Both the position numbers and the translations under genes were made by a program. The notes under the pieces are model-generated. The model did no database searches. It saw nothing but the letters and a program-made list of their open reading frames with translations, and was not told the origin of the DNA. From a virus (Duplodnaviria; Caudoviricetes), in IMG/VR virus record IMGVR_UViG_3300012940_001457, positions 1 to 39,860 of that record: 39,860 nt of DNA. One strand, written 5' to 3'. Shown here piece after piece: positions 1-8,338 of the stretch. Each line of letters opens with the position of its first letter. Position 1 is the first letter of the stretch.

Positions 1-2346
1 TCAGGGCACGATGACGTTGTTCTTCGTCCAGTCCCACCGCTCCGGCCAGGCGTAGCCCTCCACCCATGCGCCGTATTCCTGGCAGAAGTCCATGGCCCCA
101 GCCACGCCCGCCACCGCCGCCATGGCGATGCCGGCGCGGGTGTACTGCGCCCGCATGTGGCTGGACGCGTTGATGACCGGCGCGCTGTTGACCTCCCAGA
201 CATTGTCCGGCGTCACCTCCTGGTCCCGCGACCAGACCACGAAGTCGGTGTAGGTCGCCGTCCAGTCGGGGTTGTGGTCGAAGAGCGTGCGGATGAACCC
301 GAGCTGGCTCTCCAGCAACGGCCGCCACGCGTCGAAACCGAGGAGCACCGTGTGCGCCAGCGCCTCAAGCAGGAAGGCGGACTGCCACGTCGGAATCTCC
401 CAGATCGCGGGGTTGCCGAAATTCTGGCTGGGCTCCTTCATCCGGTCCAGATAGCCCAGACCGGGCAGCTTGCGCGACATGGTGAGCAGGTATTGCCGCG
501 TCGCCTCCATCTCGTCCACATAATCGGGATCGACGCTCGCCAGTTCCGCCAGCGACACCAGCCCCCAGGCCGTGCCCCGCGTGTTGGTGTGATCCATCAT
601 ATTGTCGCCGGCGCTCTCATGGAGCCCCCAGTCCACCTGTTCGCGCAGCTTGTCGAGATATCTCGTATCTCCGGTGACCAGATAGGGATACCAGTACCAG
701 TGCGCCAGATGGGCCAGAGACGGTGTATAGCCCCCGCCCCCGCTCCACGGATAATCGAAGTCGGCCTGGGCCTGGACGGTCTGCCACAGCGCCGCGTTGC
801 CGGCGATATGCTGGGCGATGTACTCGGTGACCACCCCCAGATAATAATGCTCGCCGGCCACGCCCATGCTCTTGGGGATGCCGATATCATCGGCCGGCGC
901 ATTGCTCCAGGGGCTGACCAGCTGATAGTCGAGCAGGCCGGAGTTGATCCCGTTGTAATAGAGCACGCCGGACCGCACCTCCTTGGGGTAGAGGCCGCCG
1001 GGCGCCGGATCGGTGGGCGCCTCGGGCTCCTCAGGATCCTCTGGCGTCTCGGGCTCGTCCGGCGTGTCCCCCACGGGGGCGGGCATGGGCCGGTAGAACA
1101 CGGGCTGCATCTGATAGCCGTCCAGGCCGATGAACACCCCCAGGTCGGCAATGTAATTCCATTTGCCGAAAATATTTCCGGCGCCGTAGCTCTTCTTGCC
1201 GCTATTGACGTTCACGCCATTATCGAACTTCGGCGCGGGCAGGACCTCCCAGGCATCCGCCTCGGGATCGTAGATGCGCAGCTTCAGATCATCCAGCCAG
1301 AAGTACAGGCGCCCGTCCGGGCCGACGTCCATCCCAGTTTTGCCATCAAACTTCTGCTCCTGGTTTACAAGAGTAGTGCCGATGACGCCCCCCTGGCCGT
1401 CCCGCTCCACCCTGTAGAGGTCGAACTGGGAGTCACCGTACTGGTGCCAGTACCAGAGGACATCCCGCCCCGCGTCATAGCGGAGCTGGGCATAATGGAT
1501 ATTGGTGCTGCCGGCATGGGGCAGCTTGTACTGGCCCAGCACGGTCTCCGCCTCCGGGTCATACCAGCCGCATTCGTCATAGAGGATATTGCGCTTGGGG
1601 TCATAGGCCGAGCAGTGCCACCCCGTCATGAGACGGATCTCGCGCCACCGATCATCGGCGATATCATAGACCCATGTCTCGGACCCGATCCCCCACAGCG
1701 CCCCGAAATGCATCCGGTAATTGCCGCGCAGGAACACCTTGCCGGCCGCCACGGCCAACCCGTCATAGGTATGGGTCGGAGCGGGGGCACCGGTCGGCAC
1801 CGGATACGCCTCGCCGCCCACCATGACGGTGGAATCATAGGGCAGCTCCTCTCCGACGCGGCTCCATGTCATGTCGGAGAGGTCAAGGCAATAGAACGCC
1901 GTGTTCGCCCCGTGCTGATGACCGCCGCCATAGTGCCAGATGCGGCCGTCATATACGAACGCCGAGTTCCACTCCTCGATAATGGACTTGCTGCCATTCT
2001 CGCCGTCGAACAGCCCCTGCTCCTTGCGCCAGCGCAGCGGCAGGAACCCACTCAGCGTCTGCCCGTATTGTCCCCACTCTCCCGGCTGAAGGTCCGCCAG
2101 GAACGCCTGGACCTCATCGCCGGTCTTGATGGGCGGCGGCGGATCGGACGGTGCATCGGGCGTGCCCGAATCACCACCCTCATCCGGCGGCGAAGGGTCT
2201 TCGGGCACCGTGTCCGGCGCGATGAATGCCGCAACCATCCGCTGCAGCTCGGTGAATTGGGACTGTTGCGCCTGGTAATCGGCCATCATCCGGCCTTGCA
2301 GGCTGTCCAGCGTGGCGTTGATGTCGTCGATCGTCGGTTTGGTCAT
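1..2346 (-). CDS. 781-aa multidomain protein: N-terminal coiled coil, Pro/acidic linker, Kelch-like beta-propeller, second linker, C-terminal alpha-helical (alpha/alpha barrel-like) domain
   Basis: Complete ORF (TGA at 1-3) with RBS-like AAAGGTG. Kelch-type motifs (IWHYGGGH, FYCLDLSDMTW, TWVYDIADDRW, LRIYDPEADAW). Linkers PEDPSPP and PETPEDPEEPEAP. Helical domain with YPYLVTGDxxYLDxL and RGTAWGLVSLAE. Confidence 0.7.
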   Translation of the reverse strand: MTKPTIDDINATLDSLQGRMMADYQAQQSQFTELQRMVAAFIAPDTVPEDPSPPDEGGDSGTPDAPSDPPPPIKTGDEVQAFLADLQPGEWGQYGQTLSGFLPLRWRKEQGLFDGENGSKSIIEEWNSAFVYDGRIWHYGGGHQHGANTAFYCLDLSDMTWSRVGEELPYDSTVMVGGEAYPVPTGAPAPTHTYDGLAVAAGKVFLRGNYRMHFGALWGIGSETWVYDIADDRWREIRLMTGWHCSAYDPKRNILYDECGWYDPEAETVLGQYKLPHAGSTNIHYAQLRYDAGRDVLWYWHQYGDSQFDLYRVERDGQGGVIGTTLVNQEQKFDGKTGMDVGPDGRLYFWLDDLKLRIYDPEADAWEVLPAPKFDNGVNVNSGKKSYGAGNIFGKWNYIADLGVFIGLDGYQMQPVFYRPMPAPVGDTPDEPETPEDPEEPEAPTDPAPGGLYPKEVRSGVLYYNGINSGLLDYQLVSPWSNAPADDIGIPKSMGVAGEHYYLGVVTEYIAQHIAGNAALWQTVQAQADFDYPWSGGGGYTPSLAHLAHWYWYPYLVTGDTRYLDKLREQVDWGLHESAGDNMMDHTNTRGTAWGLVSLAELASVDPDYVDEMEATRQYLLTMSRKLPGLGYLDRMKEPSQNFGNPAIWEIPTWQSAFLLEALAHTVLLGFDAWRPLLESQLGFIRTLFDHNPDWTATYTDFVVWSRDQEVTPDNVWEVNSAPVINASSHMRAQYTRAGIAMAAVAGVAGAMDFCQEYGAWVEGYAWPERWDWTKNNVIVP

Positions 2347-2360
2347 GGAACACCTTTGAG

Positions 2361-2384
2361 AAAGGAAACCCGGACGAAGCCGGG
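2361..2384 (-). terminator. Putative intrinsic terminator after the spanin genes
   Basis: Minus strand CCCGG-CTTCGT-CCGGG followed by TTTCCTTT. Confidence 0.5.
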
Positions 2385-2403
2385 AGAAGGGACTGCGCGA
2401 CAG

Positions 2404-2673
2404 CTATTCCGTGCAGGCGGCAAGGGCGGCCCGCAGGCCGGTGATCTCCGCCCGCAGCGCCTCGATGCGGGCAGCCACATACTGCGCCGCCTCGAAGATG
2501 GTGGACTCTTGGGGCGCAAAGTCCGGCCCCTGCACCTGGTAGACGTCCGGTGCCGGACACGGCACAGCCACCGGCACCTGCACCTCGACCGGCTTGTAGA
2601 TCACCGTGGGCTCGGGATGGCCGCATCCGGCCAGCAGGATCAGCGGCGCAACAATGAGAGCGCGGCGGCACAT
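2404..2673 (-). CDS. o-spanin (Rz1-like lipoprotein)
   Basis: Lipobox LLAGC after a hydrophobic stretch; Pro-rich; overlaps the 3' end of the i-spanin in another frame. Confidence 0.8.
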   Translation of the reverse strand: MCRRALIVAPLILLAGCGHPEPTVIYKPVEVQVPVAVPCPAPDVYQVQGPDFAPQESTIFEAAQYVAARIEALRAEITGLRAALAACTE

Positions 2674-3008
2674 TGCTCCATCTCCGTTTTGGGCGGGACC
2701 TGGGCCATGATCTCCGCTATGCGCTTCTCCGCCCGCGCCCGGGCCGTGGACGCCTCCTCGGCAGCATTCTCGGCCCGTGCCGTCAATTCGTCCGCCCTGG
2801 CGGCCATCGCGTCCATAGCGGCGTTCTGGCGTCGCAGTTCAGCGGCGAGGTCGTCGGAGGATTGCTGGAGCTGGGCGCGCTGGCTGTGGCACAGGTTCAG
2901 CCGGGCATTGGCCGCATCGAGCCGGGCGTCGAGCACCATGGCATATCCGCCCAGCGCGAGCGAGGTCAGGCCCAGGCCGCCAGCGACATATCCGAGTACC
3001 GGAATCAT
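2640..3008 (-). CDS. i-spanin (Rz-like)
   Basis: N-terminal TM (MIPVLGYVAGGLGLTSLALGGY) then Ala-rich coiled coil with Cys residues; ATGA overlap with the endolysin stop. Confidence 0.8.
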   Translation of the reverse strand: MIPVLGYVAGGLGLTSLALGGYAMVLDARLDAANARLNLCHSQRAQLQQSSDDLAAELRRQNAAMDAMAARADELTARAENAAEEASTARARAEKRIAEIMAQVPPKTEMEQCAAALSLLRR

Positions 3009-3586
3009 GGCATCATCTCCCGCCATTTCTGGATTTTGATGACATAGGTGATCGTCTCCTGGCTATGCCGGCCGGTCACCATGGGCAGGCAGGCCACGAT
3101 GTCGATATAGAGGGCGGGGCCACCACATAGTTTCTGAGCCTTCAGCAAATTGCCGAACCCGGCGTTGTAACTCGCCTGGGCCAGCCGGTGCCGGTCCATC
3201 GCGGGCCGGGGGCTCGACCAGCCGCGCTGCAGGCGGCGCATGTAGAAGGCCGCGGCCTCGATGGCGTATCCGGCATCGCTCCGGGACACCCCTTCCCAGC
3301 CCATGGCCCGCGTGACCTCTTCCCACGTGGCCGGCATGAACTGCCCCAGGCCGGCCGCACCCACCGGCGACACGGCATCCGGGTCCAGCAGGCTCTCCTG
3401 ATAGAGCTGCGCCTTCAGCCATCGCCAGTCCGGACCGGTGATCCAGTATTCCCGAGCGGCCTGCCGGATTTGCCAATCGTATTTAGTGGAGAAGTGCGGC
3501 TGCGATGACGATGGCCACGGCCAGAAGGCGGCGGCCATGATAATCAGCCAGAGCCCGAGGGTCCGTCGCCATGACATCCCAGACAT
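3005..3586 (-). CDS. Endolysin, SLT-family lytic transglycosylase with N-terminal signal/TM segment
   Basis: Motifs QES, AVSPVGAAGLGQFMPATW, ASYNAG, ETITYV. Start is 3586 or 3577. Confidence 0.9.
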   Translation of the reverse strand: MSGMSWRRTLGLWLIIMAAAFWPWPSSSQPHFSTKYDWQIRQAAREYWITGPDWRWLKAQLYQESLLDPDAVSPVGAAGLGQFMPATWEEVTRAMGWEGVSRSDAGYAIEAAAFYMRRLQRGWSSPRPAMDRHRLAQASYNAGFGNLLKAQKLCGGPALYIDIVACLPMVTGRHSQETITYVIKIQKWREMMP

Positions 3587-3704
3587 CCCTCTTGAAGCTG
3601 ATGCCGGCGCGCCGGTCGAACCAGCGCAGCAGCATGGTAAAGGCCAGTGCCGCGATGATCGCCCACGCCAGGCCGGACAGATTGGTGTAAATCACGAAAT
3701 CCAT
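3483..3704 (-). CDS. Putative holin (two TM segments)
   Basis: 73 aa with two hydrophobic helices; upstream of and overlapping the endolysin; RBS GAGTGAGG. Confidence 0.65.
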   Translation of the reverse strand: MDFVIYTNLSGLAWAIIAALAFTMLLRWFDRRAGISFKRDVWDVMATDPRALADYHGRRLLAVAIVIAAALLH

Positions 3705-3722
3705 GCCTCACTCTCTAAAAAA

Positions 3723-3764
3723 TAGACACTTCTGTCTTGACACATAGACACATCTGTCTATAAT
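3723..3764 (+). promoter_or_regulatory. hicAB sigma70 promoter with two palindromic operators
   Basis: TTGACA (3737-3742)-N16-TATAAT (3759-3764). Operators TAGACA-CTTC-TGTCTT (3723-3738) and TAGACA-CATC-TGTCTA (3745-3760). Confidence 0.85.
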
Positions 3765-3771
3765 TGGACCC

Positions 3772-3951
3772 ATGACAAGCGCACAGTTCAAAAGATGGCT
3801 CGCGAAACAGGGATGCACCTTCGAACCCGGCAAGGGAGGCCATCTCATCGTCCGCCTCGGAGACAGATCATCCGTCATCCCCATGCACGGCAGCCGCAAG
3901 GAATTGGGCAAGGGCCTTGTCGCCAAAATAAAGAAAGACCTGGGGCTCTAA
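3772..3951 (+). CDS. hicA: HicA-family mRNA interferase toxin (59 aa; absent from the ORF track)
   Basis: Manual translation MTSAQFKRWLAKQGCTFEPGKGGHLIVRLGDRSSVIPMHGSRKELGKGLVAKIKKDLGL, with GxH and IPMH...KEL motifs; directly upstream of hicB. Confidence 0.92.
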   Translation: MTSAQFKRWLAKQGCTFEPGKGGHLIVRLGDRSSVIPMHGSRKELGKGLVAKIKKDLGL

Positions 3952-3959
3952 GGCCCCAG
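3925..3959. terminator. Hairpin over the hicA stop; terminator-like on the minus strand
   Basis: CTGGGGC-TCTAAG-GCCCCAG (3940-3959); on the minus strand it is followed by GTCTTTCTTTATTTT. Confidence 0.5.
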
Positions 3960-3980
3960 TGATACGGAAAAGGAGACATC

Positions 3981-4403
3981 ATGTTTAGATACCCTGTCGA
4001 CCTCACACCGGATGAGGGCACCCTGCTGGTGACCAGCCCGGATTTCCCCGAACTCACCACCTTCGGTGAGGACGAAGCGGACGCCCTGCTGCGCGCCTGC
4101 GACGCCTTGGAAACGACGATCATGCTCTATATCGCGGATCGCCGCCCTCTGCCCCTTCCGTCTCCGGCCAAGGGCCGGCCGGTGATCAGCCTGCCGTTGC
4201 TCTCCGTCATGAAGGCCGCCGTTTACCAGGCGATGACGGAACGCGGCTGGCGCAAGGCCGATCTGGCGCGCGCATTGGGCGTAAACGCCCGCCAGGTGGA
4301 CCGGCTGCTGGACCTCGCACATCAAACGCCGGCGCCGCAGATTGAGCGCGCATTGGCCGTATTGGGCAGGGAGGCGGTGTTTTCCACGAAGGAGGCGGCC
4401 TAA
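3981..4403 (+). CDS. hicB: HicB-family antitoxin with C-terminal HTH
   Basis: YPVDLTPDEGTLLVTSPDFPELTTFGED..AL (HicB N-domain); RKADLARALGVNARQVDRLLD (HTH); RBS AAAGGAG. Confidence 0.92.
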   Translation: MFRYPVDLTPDEGTLLVTSPDFPELTTFGEDEADALLRACDALETTIMLYIADRRPLPLPSPAKGRPVISLPLLSVMKAAVYQAMTERGWRKADLARALGVNARQVDRLLDLAHQTPAPQIERALAVLGREAVFSTKEAA

Positions 4404-4413
4404 GCTGGCGCCA

Positions 4414-4665
4414 TCATTCCCCGAGCTTGCGCTCGATCCGCGCGACGCCGCTCTGGATCGCGGATAGCCTCGATTCCAGAACCGCCAAACGCTCCCGCGT
4501 CTCGTCATTGGCGGCCTGCCATCTCTCGACATTGTCCAGCCTGGCCGAAACCGAGCTGGCCCACCAGATAATCGTGCCGGTCTGCACCACAAGTGCCAGA
4601 ATGAGCGCCAGCGGCACCCGCTTATCCAAGTGCCAGCCGGTTTGTCCTTCTTGTTCGTCACTCAT
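4414..4665 (-). CDS. Small TM + coiled-coil protein (lysis-cassette-associated)
   Basis: 83 aa; WHLDKRVP then one TM helix and a heptad coiled coil; strong RBS AGGAGGGGG. Confidence 0.7.
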   Translation of the reverse strand: MSDEQEGQTGWHLDKRVPLALILALVVQTGTIIWWASSVSARLDNVERWQAANDETRERLAVLESRLSAIQSGVARIERKLGE

Positions 4666-4758
4666 GCCGCCCCCTCCTACTCGTTACCAATTGGCCCACC
4701 GGGCCACGCCCAAGGCGATCATACCGGTGGCCACGAAAAACATCGCAGAGCTGCCGAT

Positions 4759-5199
4759 TCACAGCGTCTCGCCCGTTATATCGGCCAGGGCCTGGCGGCG
4801 GTCGTCATTCTGCAGGCTGGCCAGGGCCGCATCGAGGCGTGGGTCAATACCTTCCGGGATGCGCCAGTCCGCCGCCACCTGCAGGGCATCGCCCGTGCGG
4901 CCCTCGGCAGCCAGCAGGTCCACCGCCGCGCGGATCACCGCCGCATTCTGCCGGTGCGCCGTCTCCACGCTCTCCTGGATGCTGCGTTCCCGCGCCTCGA
5001 ACGCGGCCAGTTCTTCTGCCGTCTTGGTGCGGTGGAGGCCGGTCTTCGGATCGACGATGATGCCGCACTCATCGCAGTCCGGCGTTTCGTCCTCAGAAAC
5101 GTCATGACCGGGCGGACAATTGGCGAGTGCCAGCCCCAAGTCCCCGCTGATGATGGTGAGGATTTCACCGGTCTTGGTATCATAGATGCTGTGTCTCAT
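4759..5199 (-). CDS. Hypothetical protein, possible tail fibre assembly chaperone
   Basis: 146 aa starting MRHSIYDTKTGEI, immediately downstream of the tail tip gene. Confidence 0.55.
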   Translation of the reverse strand: MRHSIYDTKTGEILTIISGDLGLALANCPPGHDVSEDETPDCDECGIIVDPKTGLHRTKTAEELAAFEARERSIQESVETAHRQNAAVIRAAVDLLAAEGRTGDALQVAADWRIPEGIDPRLDAALASLQNDDRRQALADITGETL

Positions 5200-5203
5200 T
5201 GGA

Positions 5204-8200
5204 TCAGGCCGTGTCGTTCTTGGATTGGAAGACGCTGAGGAACCGGCCGCTCGCCGCTCCATTGTCGCCGCTCGCCGCCTCGACAAATACATAGTAGGAG
5301 AGATCGACCCCGGCCGGCGGATCGTCGATCGCGCCACATACAGACGCCGTGGGATCGCTTGCATTGTTGCGGGCCCGCACGAAGGACCAGGTGCCGACCG
5401 TAGCGTTGAACGCTCCGCTCACGTACCGCCGGATCGAGAAGCGAGGATATATGGTCGAACTGTTGGAATAGGTGAAGGTGCCGGTATAGAGCACCATGCA
5501 TTTCCCGCCATTGTTGCGTGCGGCAGGTATCGAGATGCCTTGAATTGATGCAGCTCCCGAGAAGAACGAGGCGGCGCCGGACGTATAGGACGCGGCCAGT
5601 TCTGCCGTCGCTTTTGGGATGATCTGCGATGTATTAACTTGGTCGAGGAATGCTAGATCACCGCCCGGAATGGTGGGCTTATTAATAATATCGGTATTCC
5701 AATTGGCCTGGTTCTTGTCCGCCAGAGCACCTGTGTTGCGGGTGGCCTGTAGATGCCCGCTATAACCAAGGCCCGTGATGGTGACCTGTCCACCGCCGGC
5801 GCCTGAAAGGGTGCCATTGGCACCTATCTTGACCGTCGTATTATCGGTGGACGGGTCGAACAGCGCGAATCTGATATTGTCGATGACCACCTGACCGGTG
5901 AAAGCGCCCGAGGCGAAACCGGTCCAAGAGGCCATGGCGTAGATGCGGATACCGTAGACGGCCAGCCCGTTTGCACGGGCGATCCATGGGATTCTGTACC
6001 AGATACCGGTGGCGGTACCCTGGGGCTGCACCGCCGTGCGGACATATGACGTGCCCGCAGAGTTGGTAATCAAATCAATGACAATGCCGGGCAGGCCGCT
6101 GGTCCGCGCCGCCATCAGAATATCGACGGTCCCCCCCAGGAATGTGCCCGCTGGCAAGGGACTGGACGCAAACATCTGCTGGCGCTGCATCCCCGTGTTG
6201 GCGCCAGCCACCGACCACCGAGCCGCATATTGACCCGCGCGCACAAGCACCGTTTCTTTTGCCGGTGCCGCACCGGACCAATTGGCCCATCCATCCGGGT
6301 AGGTCCCCGACCATGCCGCGAAGGCGGGATTGAAGCCCAGCACAACATCATCGGCGTTGCTGATCACTTGGGCGTAGGGTACGCCGGTAATACCTTCCCA
6401 GGGTACGCTGGACGCCGTGCCGACGATCTCGCCCGCCCCGCTCGTCTCGTCCACCCAGGCCGACCAGTCCCCTGGCACGCCGAAGATCGAGACATGTCGG
6501 ATACGCGCCTGGTAGACAGTGGTCTGCTCGACCGGTCCGCACGTCGCCTCCAGGAAATCCACACGGCTGGCCGGCACCGTCTGGATCGGCCCGGGACCGG
6601 CCTTCACTCGGTACTGAACTTCGGTATGGTCGCAGAACCCGCCGGGGTCAGGCCAGGTCACCTTCAGGAAATTCTTGGAGGTCCCGGAATCCCCAGCAAT
6701 GGCCGTATCCGCCACGGTGGGCACACCGGGCGGGATCTTGGCCCTCGGATCATAGGTGCCGGGGTCGAGCTGTGTCACCGGCGTGCCGAGCGGCAGAGTG
6801 GTATCGTAGATGCTGGCATGCTCCTCGGTCGCCACCAGCGCCACCTCCCCGCCGATCAGCGCGTAACGCATCGAATTGATGCGCGCCAGTTCGTCAATGT
6901 AATTGGTCTCCCGGTTGTTCATGGTGATGATGTCGAAAGGCCTGACCAACAGCGCTTTCGGCCCCATCACTGCCTGCCAAGATCCCGGGAAGCGGGTCCG
7001 GCGAACCATCTGGCGGATCACGCGTTCCGCGATGGAAGGGCTCTGGATCAGCGAGAAATTGTGCTCCACCGCCCGTTCGCCGCCATCCTCGGTGACGGCC
7101 GTGGCTTCCACCACTTCCGGGTAGTCGGCAAGCTGGTACAGCAGTGAGGGCTCGGGGTAAAGACCGCGGCCCGTGTTCTTGAGATTGGCCACGTCGCCGC
7201 CCGGGTCGAAATCGATGCTGATCAGGTCGTCATCGGTGATGGTGCCCACCGACACAAGGTCGTCATGCGGCACCCAGCAGAACCACTTGCCCGCGACCCT
7301 GTCGATGGTGGCACCGATGGCGGATTCGAACTGGGTCAGCACATAGTCGTGATCATTCAACGTCTGCAGAAGGCCGCCGATCTGATAGCGGGTCAGGCCA
7401 TCCTGTGGCTCGTCGCAGACATTGGCCATGGCGATCCACTGGTCATAGTCGATGTCTTCTGGGTCATCGCCCTTGCCGAACACTAATTTGCCGTTGGTCC
7501 GGTAGCCCAGGATATAGGAGAGGGCGTGCCGGGCCCAATTGCAATTGGCGTCATAGGTCCAGGTCGCGGCGTTGTCGGCGCGGTGCGTGCCGGACCCGCC
7601 CACCGTACTGTCCAGCCGCGGATCATAGGTCTTTGCCCCCAAGACAATCTGGCGAATATTAGTGGGGATTCCGCCCGCCAGCTTGTCCTGACCCTCCTTC
7701 AGGTCATAGAGGAGCCCATAATGTGCGATACCCCGCCCCCGCGCCGTGGCCGGCCAGCTGGAGCCTGGCACCGACAGCGCGGACTGGCCCTCCGTGCCGG
7801 TATTGGTGTATCGGGTGACGATTCCCTCCCAACCCGCCACCACGGTGCCGGCCGAGGTGATCGCCAGTTCGCCGTCGATCCACAACTCGTCATAGGCCTG
7901 AATCTCATGCGACGCCGCCTCGTAGATCATCAGGACCTTGCTGTCGCCGATCTTTTCGACATAGACGATCTTGGCCGCCGCCGCCGTCTTGCCGATGGCA
8001 AAATGGCCCGGCGCATCGGGGTCGATCTCGGCCCGCAGCCGTTCCACGACCGGGCCCAAATCCATGGAGGGCTTCTTTGTGAAGGCCTTCTGCGCCTGTT
8101 TCAATGCGGAGAGGCCACCGAAGATGGCGGCACCGCCAATGGCCCCCACCACCGCCAGGGACGTGGCAGTGACGGCGAATCCCACGCCGCTTGCCGCGGC

Positions 8201-8338
8201 GATGGTACCGCCGACGCTCAGGAACGCCCCAGCGCCGATGCCGGCACCCAGCCCGCCCGTCGCAACCGTGATGGCGCCTACCGCCGCGCCGATGGCGAGC
8301 GGCTTGGCGATTTTCTTGAGAGCCTTGAAAAGTCCCAT
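5204..8338 (-). CDS. Tail tip / host-specificity protein (gpJ-like) with FN3 and C-terminal receptor-binding region
   Basis: 1044 aa from MGLFKALKK (TGATG coupling). KTYDPRLDST..GSG.HR motif; FN3-like VTWPDP..TEVQYR..YQARIRHV; CBM-like distal part. Confidence 0.85.
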   Translation of the reverse strand: MGLFKALKKIAKPLAIGAAVGAITVATGGLGAGIGAGAFLSVGGTIAAASGVGFAVTATSLAVVGAIGGAAIFGGLSALKQAQKAFTKKPSMDLGPVVERLRAEIDPDAPGHFAIGKTAAAAKIVYVEKIGDSKVLMIYEAASHEIQAYDELWIDGELAITSAGTVVAGWEGIVTRYTNTGTEGQSALSVPGSSWPATARGRGIAHYGLLYDLKEGQDKLAGGIPTNIRQIVLGAKTYDPRLDSTVGGSGTHRADNAATWTYDANCNWARHALSYILGYRTNGKLVFGKGDDPEDIDYDQWIAMANVCDEPQDGLTRYQIGGLLQTLNDHDYVLTQFESAIGATIDRVAGKWFCWVPHDDLVSVGTITDDDLISIDFDPGGDVANLKNTGRGLYPEPSLLYQLADYPEVVEATAVTEDGGERAVEHNFSLIQSPSIAERVIRQMVRRTRFPGSWQAVMGPKALLVRPFDIITMNNRETNYIDELARINSMRYALIGGEVALVATEEHASIYDTTLPLGTPVTQLDPGTYDPRAKIPPGVPTVADTAIAGDSGTSKNFLKVTWPDPGGFCDHTEVQYRVKAGPGPIQTVPASRVDFLEATCGPVEQTTVYQARIRHVSIFGVPGDWSAWVDETSGAGEIVGTASSVPWEGITGVPYAQVISNADDVVLGFNPAFAAWSGTYPDGWANWSGAAPAKETVLVRAGQYAARWSVAGANTGMQRQQMFASSPLPAGTFLGGTVDILMAARTSGLPGIVIDLITNSAGTSYVRTAVQPQGTATGIWYRIPWIARANGLAVYGIRIYAMASWTGFASGAFTGQVVIDNIRFALFDPSTDNTTVKIGANGTLSGAGGGQVTITGLGYSGHLQATRNTGALADKNQANWNTDIINKPTIPGGDLAFLDQVNTSQIIPKATAELAASYTSGAASFFSGAASIQGISIPAARNNGGKCMVLYTGTFTYSNSSTIYPRFSIRRYVSGAFNATVGTWSFVRARNNASDPTASVCGAIDDPPAGVDLSYYVFVEAASGDNGAASGRFLSVFQSKNDTA

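Noticed and set aside
157-3039. 960-aa plus-strand ORF and many other long antisense ORFs (e.g. 18718-20913, 33081-34454)
   Set aside because: Shadows of high-GC3 minus-strand genes; Arg/His/Gly-rich with no recognisable motifs.
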